Positions 8,869 to 17,744 of a stretch of 40,764 bases of DNA are shown here, piece by piece; within the stretch, counting starts at the first letter, position 1, and each line of letters starts with the position of its first letter. Position numbers and translations under genes: made by a program. Under the pieces are notes generated by a model. It was not told the DNA's origin. It did not search any database and saw only the letters and a program-made list of their open reading frames with translations. Source of the stretch: Candidatus Uhrbacteria bacterium RIFCSPHIGHO2_02_FULL_57_19 (lineage in GTDB: Bacteria; Patescibacteriota; Patescibacteriia; 2-12-FULL-57-11); NCBI GenBank assembly GCA_001791115.1, contig MGDZ01000004.1, positions 1 through 40,764 on the forward strand. Direction: 5' to 3'.

Positions 8869-9189
8869 ATGAATTCTCTTAAGATCCGCACCGGCGACAA
8901 AGTGAAAGTCATCGCCGGCAAGGAAAAAGGAAAAACCGGCAAAGTGATCCAGGTCTTTCCCTCGGCCAGTCGGGCGGTGGTTGAGGGTGTCAACGTCATC
9001 ACCCGCCACGTCCGGGGCCGGCGCGGAGGCGAGAAGGGGCAGAAGCTGTCTTTCCCCGGACCATTGCATGTATCTAACCTGATGCTGGTCTGCGGCAAGT
9101 GCGGAAAAACAACCAGATTGGCAATGAAGATTCTTGAAGATGGCAAGCGCATTCGCGTCTGTAAACATTGCGGTGAAGGAATCGTATGA
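8869..9189 (+). CDS. rplX: 50S ribosomal protein L24
   Basis: KOW motif GDKVKVIAGKEKGKTGKV. The C-terminal part contains CxxC...CxxC. Confidence 0.94.
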   Translation: MNSLKIRTGDKVKVIAGKEKGKTGKVIQVFPSASRAVVEGVNVITRHVRGRRGGEKGQKLSFPGPLHVSNLMLVCGKCGKTTRLAMKILEDGKRIRVCKHCGEGIV

Positions 9190-9728
9190 CCAGACTCCAG
9201 GAACACTATAGAAAAAAGGTCATACCCGTCTTGCGGGAGCAATTTGGATATGGGAACGTAATGGCCGTGCCCCGACTGGAGAAGGTAGTGCTCAATGTCG
9301 GTTTGTCGGCATCGCAGAAAGATTCTAAGTTTCAGGAGTCGGCGATTTCCACCTTGACCAGGATCACCGGCCAGAAACCTGCTCCCACTGTGGCCAAGAA
9401 GTCCATCTCCAATTTCAAGATCAGACAGGGAATGACGGTGGGGATCAGGGTGACGCTTCGCGGCCGGCGGATGTTTGACTTCGTCGACAAGCTGATTCAT
9501 GTCACCCTCCCTCGCGTCCGTGACTTTCGCGGACTGTCCCCATCGACCATCGACCAACGCGGCAACTTGTCCATCGGATTTCGCGAATCCATTTCCTTTC
9601 CGGAAGTCAGCTCTGACGAGGTTGAGCGTCTTCACGGCTTGGAGGTGGCCGTGGTCACCACGGCCAAGTCCCGCGATGAGGGTCTGGCGCTCCTAAAGGC
9701 CCTTGGCTTTCCCTTCCGCGAGAAATAA
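9186..9728 (+). CDS. rplE: 50S ribosomal protein L5
   Basis: [39 protein letters not shown]; 180 aa. Confidence 0.97.
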   Translation: MTRLQEHYRKKVIPVLREQFGYGNVMAVPRLEKVVLNVGLSASQKDSKFQESAISTLTRITGQKPAPTVAKKSISNFKIRQGMTVGIRVTLRGRRMFDFVDKLIHVTLPRVRDFRGLSPSTIDQRGNLSIGFRESISFPEVSSDEVERLHGLEVAVVTTAKSRDEGLALLKALGFPFREK

Positions 9729-9729
9729 T

Positions 9730-9915
9730 ATGGCAAAGAAATCACAAGTCGCTAAATCATTGCGCAAACCCAAGTATTCCACGCGATCCGTCCATCGCTG
9801 CTGGCGTTGCGGCCGGAGGCGCGGTTATATGCGCGACTTCGAGTTGTGCCGGATCTGTTTCCGGGAGCTGGCTAACCGCGGTGAGATTCCCGGCGTCCGC
9901 AAATCCAGCTGGTAA
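9730..9915 (+). CDS. rpsZ: 30S ribosomal protein S14 type Z (zinc-binding, 61 aa)
   Basis: MAKKSQV...[25 protein letters not shown]...VRKSSW. ATG-9730 lies 1 nt after the rplE stop. Confidence 0.95.
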   Translation: MAKKSQVAKSLRKPKYSTRSVHRCWRCGRRRGYMRDFELCRICFRELANRGEIPGVRKSSW

Positions 9916-9921
9916 TTCCAT

Positions 9922-10311
9922 ATGATGACCGATCCTATCGCTGACATGCTCACTAGAATCAGGAACGCGGCCCGGGCCAAGAAGTCCGAGCTGGTTTTGC
10001 CGCACTCGCGCATAAAATGGGAGATCGCCAAGATCCTGGAGAAAGGCGGATATCTGGAGCGAGTTCTGGACGTTCCCGGACCGCGGCGTGAGATACGCCT
10101 GGTCATTCGTTTCGAAGCCGGCGCGCCGCGCGTTCAGGATCTAAAAAGGATTTCTAAGCCGGGACGGCGGGTCTATGTCGGCTGGCAGGAAATACCGCGC
10201 GTACTCTCCGGCTACGGAATGGCCATCGTTTCCACTTCCCAGGGCATGATGCCCGGCCATGAAGCTCGGGCGCGAAAGCTGGGCGGTGAGTTGATTTGCG
10301 AAGTGTCTTAA
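9922..10311 (+). CDS. rpsH: 30S ribosomal protein S8
   Basis: MTDPIADMLTRIRNA start; 129 aa. Confidence 0.97.
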   Translation: MMTDPIADMLTRIRNAARAKKSELVLPHSRIKWEIAKILEKGGYLERVLDVPGPRREIRLVIRFEAGAPRVQDLKRISKPGRRVYVGWQEIPRVLSGYGMAIVSTSQGMMPGHEARARKLGGELICEVS

Positions 10312-10314
10312 TGT

Positions 10315-10881
10315 ATGTCCCGCATCGGAAAAAAACCAATTTCTGTTCCGCCTGGCGTTGATGTCCGGTTGGTTGATGGCGCCATCGAAGTCAAGGGTCC
10401 CAAGGGCGCGCTTCGCCGGGAAATTCATTTGCGAGTGAAGATTCTTCTCCAAGACGGCGGAAAGACAGTCAGGGTGGAAGTGACCGATCCCAATGTCAAG
10501 CGCGACCGGGCGCTGTGGGGATTGTTCCGGATGCTTATCGCCAACATGATCACCGGAGTGGTTTCCGGATTCGAGAAGAAGCTGGAGGTGATCGGCATCG
10601 GTTACAAAGTGGCCATGGCCGGACCGAAATTGACCCTGGAACTGGGGTACTCTCACCCGATAGATTTTCCTTTGCCTCAAGGTATCGCGGCTACGGTGGA
10701 GAAAAATGTCATCACCGTATCCGGAATTGACAAGGAAATGGTCGGAGAAGTGGCCGCCAGCATCCGCCGCCTACGCAAACCTGAGCCGTACAAAGGAAAA
10801 GGAATCAGGTATGCCGGCGAAACGATCCGGCGCAAAGCCGGCAAAGCGGCCAAGACCGGGGCCGCTGCCGGCGGAAAGTAA
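10315..10881 (+). CDS. rplF: 50S ribosomal protein L6
   Basis: MSRIGKKPISVPPGVDV start; 188 aa. Confidence 0.97.
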   Translation: MSRIGKKPISVPPGVDVRLVDGAIEVKGPKGALRREIHLRVKILLQDGGKTVRVEVTDPNVKRDRALWGLFRMLIANMITGVVSGFEKKLEVIGIGYKVAMAGPKLTLELGYSHPIDFPLPQGIAATVEKNVITVSGIDKEMVGEVAASIRRLRKPEPYKGKGIRYAGETIRRKAGKAAKTGAAAGGK

Positions 10882-10890
10882 TCTTTTTCT

Positions 10891-11274
10891 ATGAAGGTCA
10901 AGAATTCCCATCGAGCAAAACGCCTTTCGCGAGAGCGCCGGCACCGGCGGGTGCGGGCCAAGGTGTTCGGCACGGCCGACCGCCCTCGTCTTTCGGTTTA
11001 TCGCAGCCTGGATCATCTCTGGATGCAGCTCATTGATGATGCCGCCGGCAGGACGCTGGTCTCGGCCAGCGATCTGGAACTGGGAAAGAAAAAGCCGTCG
11101 GTTGAGGGTCTGACCGCCAGGGTGGCCGCGGCTTTCGTCACGGGAGAGGCGCTGGGCAAGAAAGCGATGGCCAAGGGAATTACCACGGTGGTTTTTGATC
11201 GCGGCGGGTTTGCCTTCCACGGCAGGATCAAGGCCGCGGCCGAAGGCGCCCGCGCCGCCGGGTTAAAATTTTAG
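10891..11274 (+). CDS. rplR: 50S ribosomal protein L18
   Basis: RLSVYRSLDHLWMQLIDD...VFDRGGFAFHGRIKA. Confidence 0.95.
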   Translation: MKVKNSHRAKRLSRERRHRRVRAKVFGTADRPRLSVYRSLDHLWMQLIDDAAGRTLVSASDLELGKKKPSVEGLTARVAAAFVTGEALGKKAMAKGITTVVFDRGGFAFHGRIKAAAEGARAAGLKF

Positions 11275-11277
11275 GAT

Positions 11278-11826
11278 ATGGCCAAACGACCAGACCGAGA
11301 CGAACGCAGGGGACGCCGGGGAGAGGGCGGCGCGGATCGGGAAATTGATTCCCGGGTTCTTGAAATCTCGCGGGTGACCCGCGTTACCAAAGGCGGAAAG
11401 CGCATGCGTTTCCGGGCCACAGTGGTCGTCGGCGACCATAAAGGGCGCGTCGGCTTCGGCGTGGCCAAGGGGGTCGACGTTCAGGCCGCGGTGGGCAAAG
11501 CCACCCGCCAGGCCCAGAAGCGAATGATCCGCGTTCCTATGGTCATGGAGACGATCCCTCACGTGGCCAAAGCCAAGTTTTCGGCAGCCTCAGTCCTCAT
11601 CAAGCCGGCGCCCAAAGGCACGGGAGTCAAGGCCGGCGGTGCGGTGCGAGTAGTTTTCGAACTGGCCGGAATTCCCAACGTGGTTTCAAAAATCATGGGT
11701 TCCAAAAACAAGATCAACAACGTCAAAGCGACCTTCGCCGGCTTGGCCATGCTCCGACCGCCGCGCACAAAACGAGTCGAGGAGGAGCGGGTAGCGGCAG
11801 GTGGAGAGGAACAATCAAAAGTATGA
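11278..11826 (+). CDS. rpsE: 30S ribosomal protein S5
   Basis: VLEISRVTRVTKGGKRMRFRATVVVGD.KGRVGFGVAKG. Confidence 0.96.
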   Translation: MAKRPDRDERRGRRGEGGADREIDSRVLEISRVTRVTKGGKRMRFRATVVVGDHKGRVGFGVAKGVDVQAAVGKATRQAQKRMIRVPMVMETIPHVAKAKFSAASVLIKPAPKGTGVKAGGAVRVVFELAGIPNVVSKIMGSKNKINNVKATFAGLAMLRPPRTKRVEEERVAAGGEEQSKV

Positions 11827-12260
11827 CAGTCACGCTTCACACATTGAAAACCACACCCGGCTCAATGCGCCGAAAAAAGAGAATTGGACGGGGCAATGCC
11901 TCCGGACACGGCACCTACTCCACTCGCGGACAAAAGGGCCAGCGGGCGCGTTCCGGCGGACGCCGCGGTCTTAAAAGGTTGGGCATGAAACGGATTATCG
12001 CCTCTCTTCCCAAGATTGGGGGTTTTGTTTCCAAACGCAAAAAGCCGGCGGAGGTTTCAGTGCGAGAGCTAAAGAGATTCGGGAGCGGCGCGATCGTTAC
12101 CATTGATTCGCTTAAGGAGAAAGAATTGATTCATCCCCGCAGCCGGGCGGCGAAACTGATCGGCGCGGGAGAAGTTCCTCCGAAACTTACAGTCAAGGGA
12201 TTGATGCTCACCGCTGGCGCTCGCGCTGCCATTGAGAAGGCCGGCGGAAAGGTGGTATGA
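11823..12260 (+). CDS. rplO: 50S ribosomal protein L15
   Basis: RIGRGNASGHGTYSTRGQKGQRARSGG. ATGA overlap with rpsE, so no room exists for rpmD. Confidence 0.95.
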   Translation: MTVTLHTLKTTPGSMRRKKRIGRGNASGHGTYSTRGQKGQRARSGGRRGLKRLGMKRIIASLPKIGGFVSKRKKPAEVSVRELKRFGSGAIVTIDSLKEKELIHPRSRAAKLIGAGEVPPKLTVKGLMLTAGARAAIEKAGGKVV

Positions 12261-13537
12261 ACGCCGCCTCCACCCTGCGCAAGATCTGGAAGCTGCCCGA
12301 TGTCCGGGTCAGTGTTTTGTTTATCCTGGCCATGCTGGTGATTTTCCGCCTAGCCGCTCATATCCCCATCCCGGGAGTTGATGCTACGGCCTTAAAACAA
12401 CTCTTCCAATCGAACCAGGTCTTGGGATTGCTGAACCTGTTCTCCGGCGGAACCATCGAGAATTTTTCGGTGGTGGCCCTGGGTGTCGGACCGTACATCA
12501 CGGCTTCGATCATCTTCCAGCTCTTGACCATGGTCGTGCCCCAGCTCGAAGAATTGTCCAAAGAAGGCGAAGCCGGCCGGGCCAAGATTAACCAGTACAC
12601 CCGGCTTCTCACCGTTCCTCTGGCCATACTCCAGGGTTACGGCATCATCTCCCTTCTCCGGCAGTCTTCGGCCCGCATCCTCGGAGACCTGACGCCTTTA
12701 CAAATCGCCGCCACTTTGGTGGTGATGACCGCCGGCACCCTGATGCTCATGTGGATCGGCGAGCTTATCTCCGAAAAGAAGATGGGCAACGGCATCTCCC
12801 TGCTTATCTTCGCCGGCATCATCGCCGGTTTGCCGACCGTCATCCAGCGAAGCCTGCTTACCTTCGATCGCGAACAGGCCGCCACCTGGCTGCTTTACGC
12901 GGGCATTGCTCTGGCCACTATTGTCGCGGTGGTATTGATCACCGAGGCCCAGCGCAAGGTGCCGGTTTCCTACGCCAAACGCATCCGCGGAATGCGGCTC
13001 TTCGGCGGCGTGGAGACTCATCTGCCTCTGCGGGTCAATCCGGCCGGAGTCATTCCCATTATCTTCGCCATTTCGGTGATATTGTTTCCGCCGCTTTTGG
13101 CCCAGTTTTTCATCCGGGCCAAAAGTCCCGGCATCGTCGCCGCCGCTGAATGGGTAATCACCACTTTCCAAAACCAGACCTTCTACGCCGCCATCTATTT
13201 CTTTCTGGTCATCGGCTTCACCTATTTCTACACGGCCATTGTTTTTCGTCCGGACCAGATCGCCGAGAATCTCCAGAAGCAGGGCGGATTTATTCCCGGC
13301 ATCCGTCCGGGGGAACCGACAACCGCTTATCTTTCCTACACCTTAAACCGCATTCTTCTGGCCGGCGCGACATTCTTGGGGGCCATCGCCGTGCTCCCGG
13401 TGGTTCTGCAGAATTTCACCGGAACGCAGACGCTGGTCATCGGCGGCACTTCGCTACTCATCGTCGTTTCGGTGATTATCGAGACGGTCAATCAGATCGA
13501 GGCCCAGATCGCCATGCGCGAGTACGAAGGAATTTGA
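12257..13537 (+). CDS. secY: Preprotein translocase subunit SecY
   Basis: 426 aa, 10 hydrophobic segments. GGTIENFSVVALGVGPYITASIIFQLL signature. Confidence 0.97.
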   Translation: MNAASTLRKIWKLPDVRVSVLFILAMLVIFRLAAHIPIPGVDATALKQLFQSNQVLGLLNLFSGGTIENFSVVALGVGPYITASIIFQLLTMVVPQLEELSKEGEAGRAKINQYTRLLTVPLAILQGYGIISLLRQSSARILGDLTPLQIAATLVVMTAGTLMLMWIGELISEKKMGNGISLLIFAGIIAGLPTVIQRSLLTFDREQAATWLLYAGIALATIVAVVLITEAQRKVPVSYAKRIRGMRLFGGVETHLPLRVNPAGVIPIIFAISVILFPPLLAQFFIRAKSPGIVAAAEWVITTFQNQTFYAAIYFFLVIGFTYFYTAIVFRPDQIAENLQKQGGFIPGIRPGEPTTAYLSYTLNRILLAGATFLGAIAVLPVVLQNFTGTQTLVIGGTSLLIVVSVIIETVNQIEAQIAMREYEGI

Positions 13538-13560
13538 AAAATCTGTTATGATGAGCCCAT

Positions 13561-13902
13561 ATGGGCTTTTTTGATTTTGTGTTTGGATCAAAACCGAAAA
13601 AAATTGGACAAGATCAACCGAAGGAACCGGAAGTAAAAGAGGAACAGGCGGAGGAGAGACGTTATCGGTTTACCAAAACGTCCCAATTGCACGCCGATCT
13701 TTTCCATGAACTCAAAAGCGTTCTTTCGGAAGCGCAGAGGAAGAAGATCGAGGCGCTCCTTGGCCGGTACATGAGCGGCGGCGGGGTGACTCGCGGGGAG
13801 ATAGAAACCTGGATTGTCCGCGATCTGCGCAAACTGCGGGACGCCGGGGAGTTGTCGCGATTCGAGTATGAGGCGGTGGTTAAAGCGCTCCGCCTGAGTT
13901 GA
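13561..13902 (+). CDS. Hypothetical 113-aa soluble protein
   Basis: ORF inside the operon. Its stop overlaps the next ORF. No family recognised. Confidence 0.55.
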   Translation: MGFFDFVFGSKPKKIGQDQPKEPEVKEEQAEERRYRFTKTSQLHADLFHELKSVLSEAQRKKIEALLGRYMSGGGVTRGEIETWIVRDLRKLRDAGELSRFEYEAVVKALRLS

Positions 13903-14744
13903 TCGTTATGAAGACTCGTTTACCAACCATTGATTGGCGCGTTTTTATCCCTGCCGCCTTGGCCTTGGCCGTTGTTGAACTTTTGGGCGCGGCTGCGGCC
14001 GGGCGCCTTGTTCGTCAGGTGGTCGTTACCGCGGCCGAACCGCTTTCGACCGGCGACTTTATGCTGGTTTTTGCCCTGGGAACTTTGGGCATCCTGCTGG
14101 TTTTGCGTTTTCTAGCCAGCCGAGTGGTGGTCTCGGCCTTTTTTTACCTGGCGGTTTTTGTAGGCCTGCTGACTCTAGTAGAGGCCGTCCTCCCGGAGGG
14201 AGCGGCGGCCGTCGCTGCCCTGGCGGTCCTGGCCTTGCGCATCGGATATCCCCGCGTGGTCGTGCATGATTTGACGCTGGTGGCCTCCCTGGCCGGCATG
14301 GCGGCGGCAGTTGGCGTTTCGGTTCCGCCCGAGGCCCTGGCGGTTCTTCTGGTGTTTCTGGCTTTTTATGATATTGTCGCTGTCTACCTCACCCATCACA
14401 TGGTGACCATGGTTCGCGGGCTTTTGGAAAAGGGCGCGGTTTTCGCCCTGGTGGTGCCCGACCGGCCAACCGGATGGATGAAACCGCTTTCGGTCGCGGC
14501 CCCCGGGGCCGGATTCACGCTTTTGGGCACCGGCGACTTGGCTCTTCCGGGCATCTTCGTGGTTTCAGTTGCCATGGTTTCGCCCGGTGCGGCTCTTATT
14601 TCCGGGATTGGTTCCTTTCTGGGTATTCTGGGTACTCATCTCATCTTCCAAAGTCAGACGGTGCGCCGGCCGATGGCCGCCCTCCCGCCGATCGTCGCCG
14701 GAACGCTTATCGGTTATCTGGTCGCCCGCCTTATAGGTTTATGA
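13899..14744 (+). CDS. Polytopic membrane protein, putative presenilin / signal-peptide-peptidase-like GxGD aspartyl protease (A22-like)
   Basis: LAFYDIVAVYLTHHM has the YD motif (Asp codon 14370-14372). LLGTGDLALPG has the GxGD motif (Asp codon 14535-14537). AALPP sits at the position of the PAL motif near the C-terminus. About 8-9 TM segments. The start may be ATG-13908 rather than TTG-13899. Confidence 0.7.
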   Translation: MIVMKTRLPTIDWRVFIPAALALAVVELLGAAAAGRLVRQVVVTAAEPLSTGDFMLVFALGTLGILLVLRFLASRVVVSAFFYLAVFVGLLTLVEAVLPEGAAAVAALAVLALRIGYPRVVVHDLTLVASLAGMAAAVGVSVPPEALAVLLVFLAFYDIVAVYLTHHMVTMVRGLLEKGAVFALVVPDRPTGWMKPLSVAAPGAGFTLLGTGDLALPGIFVVSVAMVSPGAALISGIGSFLGILGTHLIFQSQTVRRPMAALPPIVAGTLIGYLVARLIGL

Positions 14745-15397
14745 AATCAAACCGCAGATTCAAAGTCGTTCTCTTTCTGGGTCTGCAGGGATCGGGCAAG
14801 GGCACCCAGGCCTCGATTCTTTCCCGCAAGTACGGTGTTCCGGTCATCTCGCCCGGCGCGGTTTTTCGTGAGGAAATAGCTAAGGGATCGGAACTGGGCA
14901 GGCTGATAGCTTCTTTCGTCAGTCAGGGCAAGCTGGTGCCTCCAAGAGTGATGCACGAAGTGATGAGGGTCAAACTTCCCCGGAACCGCTGTGGTGTGGG
15001 TGTGATTCTTGACGGTTATCCGCGCAGTGTCGCTCAGGCCAGGGAACTGGCCCGTTTCTGCCCGATTGATCTGGCGCTGGCGCTACGCATCTCGGACCAC
15101 GAGGCCTTGCGCCGCTTGCGCGGCCGGCGGGTTTGTTCGGTCTGCGGAGAAAACTACCATGTTACCGAACGGCCGTCGCGACGGGGGCGGCTCTGCGAGC
15201 GATGTGGGGGGAAACTCATGGTTCGTCAGGATGACACCCCCGCGGCCATCAGTCGCCGGTTGCGCACCTACCATAAAGAAACCGAACCGGTTATTGACTA
15301 TTATCGGAAGAAAGGCGTGCTTATTGAAATCGACGGTGAGCAGGCAATCCTCACCGTACACCGGGCGATCGTCCGCGCGCTGGGACTGAATAAATGA
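14741..15397 (+). CDS. adk: Adenylate kinase (zinc-lid type)
   Basis: GLQGSGKGTQA P-loop; lid CSVCGENYH...CERCGG. ATG-14741 overlaps the preceding stop (ATGA). The upstream ORF-track extension is out of context. Confidence 0.95.
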   Translation: MKSNRRFKVVLFLGLQGSGKGTQASILSRKYGVPVISPGAVFREEIAKGSELGRLIASFVSQGKLVPPRVMHEVMRVKLPRNRCGVGVILDGYPRSVAQARELARFCPIDLALALRISDHEALRRLRGRRVCSVCGENYHVTERPSRRGRLCERCGGKLMVRQDDTPAAISRRLRTYHKETEPVIDYYRKKGVLIEIDGEQAILTVHRAIVRALGLNK

Positions 15398-15398
15398 T

Positions 15399-16187
15399 AT
15401 GCAGATGCCGTATTCGGTGATTAAGGCGCCGGAGGAAATTGAAGTCATTCGTGAGGGGGGAGTCATCCTCTCGCGGATTTTGGGAGAGGTTGTTGGGTTG
15501 GTGAAGCCGGGGATAACCACCGGGGAGATTGATAAACTGGCGGAAAGCAGGATGCGGGAAGCGGGGGGCGAGCCCTCGTTTTTGGGATACAAGACGAGGG
15601 CAAGCGATCGACCTTATCCAACAACGCTTTGTACTTCCATCAATCATGAAGTGGTTCACGCCCCGGCCGCCCCGAACCGTACGCTTAAAGACGGCGACGT
15701 CATCGGACTGGATATCGGTCTGCGTTACCAGGGCTACTGCACGGACATGGCGGTGACGGTCGGGATCGGGAAGATTTCCAAAGACGCTGGGCGGCTTATT
15801 GCGGTTACGCGCGACGCGCTCTTTCGCGGACTCGAGACGGTTCGGCCCGGCGGATTCGTTGGGGACATCGGACGCGCGGTGCAGACGTATGTGGAGAAGA
15901 ACGGATTTTCAGTGGTGCGCGACCTGGTTGGTCATGGTGTTGGCAAAAACGTTCACGAGGAGCCGCGGATTCCGAATTATTTTGATCCGAAGGCAAGACC
16001 GGTTAAAATCGAGGAAGGGATGGTGCTGTGTATCGAGCCGATGGTGAACGTCGGCAAATTCGCGGTGGTCACGCTTCCCGACGGCTGGACTATAGCCACG
16101 GCGGACAATTCGCTGGCCGCGCACTTCGAGGTGACTCTCGCGGTGACAAAAGGTGGGTATGAGATTTTAACGCCGTTGCCGGTATGA
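15399..16187 (+). CDS. map: Type I methionine aminopeptidase
   Basis: 262 aa. Metal-ligand pattern D..D..H..E..E including VGHGVGKNVHEEP. Confidence 0.95.
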   Translation: MQMPYSVIKAPEEIEVIREGGVILSRILGEVVGLVKPGITTGEIDKLAESRMREAGGEPSFLGYKTRASDRPYPTTLCTSINHEVVHAPAAPNRTLKDGDVIGLDIGLRYQGYCTDMAVTVGIGKISKDAGRLIAVTRDALFRGLETVRPGGFVGDIGRAVQTYVEKNGFSVVRDLVGHGVGKNVHEEPRIPNYFDPKARPVKIEEGMVLCIEPMVNVGKFAVVTLPDGWTIATADNSLAAHFEVTLAVTKGGYEILTPLPV

Positions 16188-16241
16188 AAGCTGAACACTG
16201 GTCATTTTCTCCCTAATCTGCTATCTTGCGAATGAACAGTT

Positions 16242-16457
16242 ATGACAGTAACAATTTCTAATACAATTCCATTGCCTACCAAACTCCGCAAACGGTGGAA
16301 GGGGAGTCGTGTTTTTATTGTTTCCACCAAGGATTCGTTGCTGGTAAAACGAGTCCGAACTGCGCCAACAGAACGTGTTCGAGCGAAGCTCAAGCAAGCT
16401 GGGCGATCGATCACCGCAAGGGATATCGCGTTGGCTATACGCGCTGCGCGTAAATAG
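16242..16457 (+). CDS. AbrB/MazE/SpoVT-family antitoxin (VapB-like)
   Basis: 71 aa. TISNTIPLPTKLRKRW swapped-hairpin-like N-terminus. The stop lies 1 nt before the PIN gene. Confidence 0.6.
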   Translation: MTVTISNTIPLPTKLRKRWKGSRVFIVSTKDSLLVKRVRTAPTERVRAKLKQAGRSITARDIALAIRAARK

Positions 16458-16458
16458 T

Positions 16459-16869
16459 ATGCGCGTTGTGTTCGATACCAATGTGATGGTATCGGGTATG
16501 TTATGGAAGGGAGCCAAGAGCCCCCTTTTTGTTTTGGTGGAGAAGGGTGCAATTGAATTGTGCACGACTCCCGGTATTCTCGAGGAGATCCGACGTGTGT
16601 TGCGATATCCGAAGATCGCGAAACAGCTACGAGTTGCGGGTATCACGATCGAAGAGGTTATGGAATATTTACTTCAGTATGCTTCGGTTTTTGAAGATTC
16701 AGATATTGTGGAAACCATCCCTAATGATCCGTCAGATACAATGTTCCTAAACTGTGCAGTAGTGAGTGGCGCTCGTTGGGTTGTTTCTGGAGACAAACAC
16801 CTGTTGAGTATTCGTTTGTACCGAGACATTCATATCACGACGCCGGCACAATTTTTGAGGCGGTTTTAG
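16459..16869 (+). CDS. PIN-domain ribonuclease toxin (VapC-like, PIN_3 type)
   Basis: MRVVFDTNVMVSG...acidic residues in DPSDTMFLNCAV...VVSGDKHLL; 136 aa from ATG-16459. Confidence 0.75.
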   Translation: MRVVFDTNVMVSGMLWKGAKSPLFVLVEKGAIELCTTPGILEEIRRVLRYPKIAKQLRVAGITIEEVMEYLLQYASVFEDSDIVETIPNDPSDTMFLNCAVVSGARWVVSGDKHLLSIRLYRDIHITTPAQFLRRF

Positions 16870-16902
16870 GCGAAGGGAAATTAGTGGAACGAGAGAATCA
16901 AT

Positions 16903-17367
16903 ATGAATCTCCCAAACTTTGATAGTCGAAATAAACGTATCGTCATCTGCGCCAGCGCGTCTTGCTATCGCCAGGCGCTCGACGCTGCCGACGTGCTTAC
17001 CTCGCGCGGGTACGCGGCCACCGTGCCGAAGGTTGCCGCTCGTATGCGCGAGATAGGCGATTATCGGGTGGAGACCTACAAGACCTGGTTTCAGAACCCC
17101 GATGATTATTCCATGAAGAACGATTATGTCCTCTCACACTTTCGTGAAATAGCGGAAGGCGACGCAGTGCTGGTTGTAAACGAGCCGAAGAACGAGGTTG
17201 CCGGTTATATCGGCGGTGCTGTACTTATGGAGATGGCGATTGCCTTGTATCTTGGGAAGCCAATTTTTCTTTTACATCCACCAGCAGAACAGTCGCCATA
17301 CCTCGAGGAGATTCTCGCGATGCAGCCGATGGTGCTAGATGGTGATCTTACGAAATTATCATTATGA
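16903..17367 (+). CDS. Nucleoside 2-deoxyribosyltransferase-like (NDT/Rcl fold) protein
   Basis: RIVICASAS...GYIGGAVLMEMAIALYLGKPIFLL matches the NDT-family G-x-x-x-E-x-G/A...GKP motif. ATGA overlap with ruvX. Confidence 0.55.
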   Translation: MNLPNFDSRNKRIVICASASCYRQALDAADVLTSRGYAATVPKVAARMREIGDYRVETYKTWFQNPDDYSMKNDYVLSHFREIAEGDAVLVVNEPKNEVAGYIGGAVLMEMAIALYLGKPIFLLHPPAEQSPYLEEILAMQPMVLDGDLTKLSL

Positions 17368-17744
17368 AACTCCTCGGAATTGATTACGGAGAGAAACACA
17401 TTGGGTTGGCGCTTGGGGAAACCGAGGTCGGGATGGCGGCGCCGTGGAAGACGGTCGAGAATCGAGATGAGATCATTGGCACAGTGTCCGAGGAGGAAGT
17501 TGGGATGATCGTCGTGGGCTTGCCGCTGACCCTCAAGGGCGAAGAGGGGCCGCAGGCGCAAGAGGTCCGTGGTTTCGTCGAGGATCTGAAGAAGAAGATC
17601 ACGGTCCCAATCGAGACGATCGATGAACGGCTGACCTCGCAACTCGCCGATCGTTTTGCCGCCGCCTACGGACACCAGTTCGACCGCGACGCCGTCAGCG
17701 CGGCCGCGATTTTGCAGACGTTTTTGGATCGGAAGAAAGTATGA
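17364..17744 (+). CDS. ruvX: Holliday-junction resolvase-like / pre-16S rRNA nuclease YqgF
   Basis: MKLLGIDYGEKHIGLALGE start; 126 aa. Confidence 0.88.
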   Translation: MKLLGIDYGEKHIGLALGETEVGMAAPWKTVENRDEIIGTVSEEEVGMIVVGLPLTLKGEEGPQAQEVRGFVEDLKKKITVPIETIDERLTSQLADRFAAAYGHQFDRDAVSAAAILQTFLDRKKV

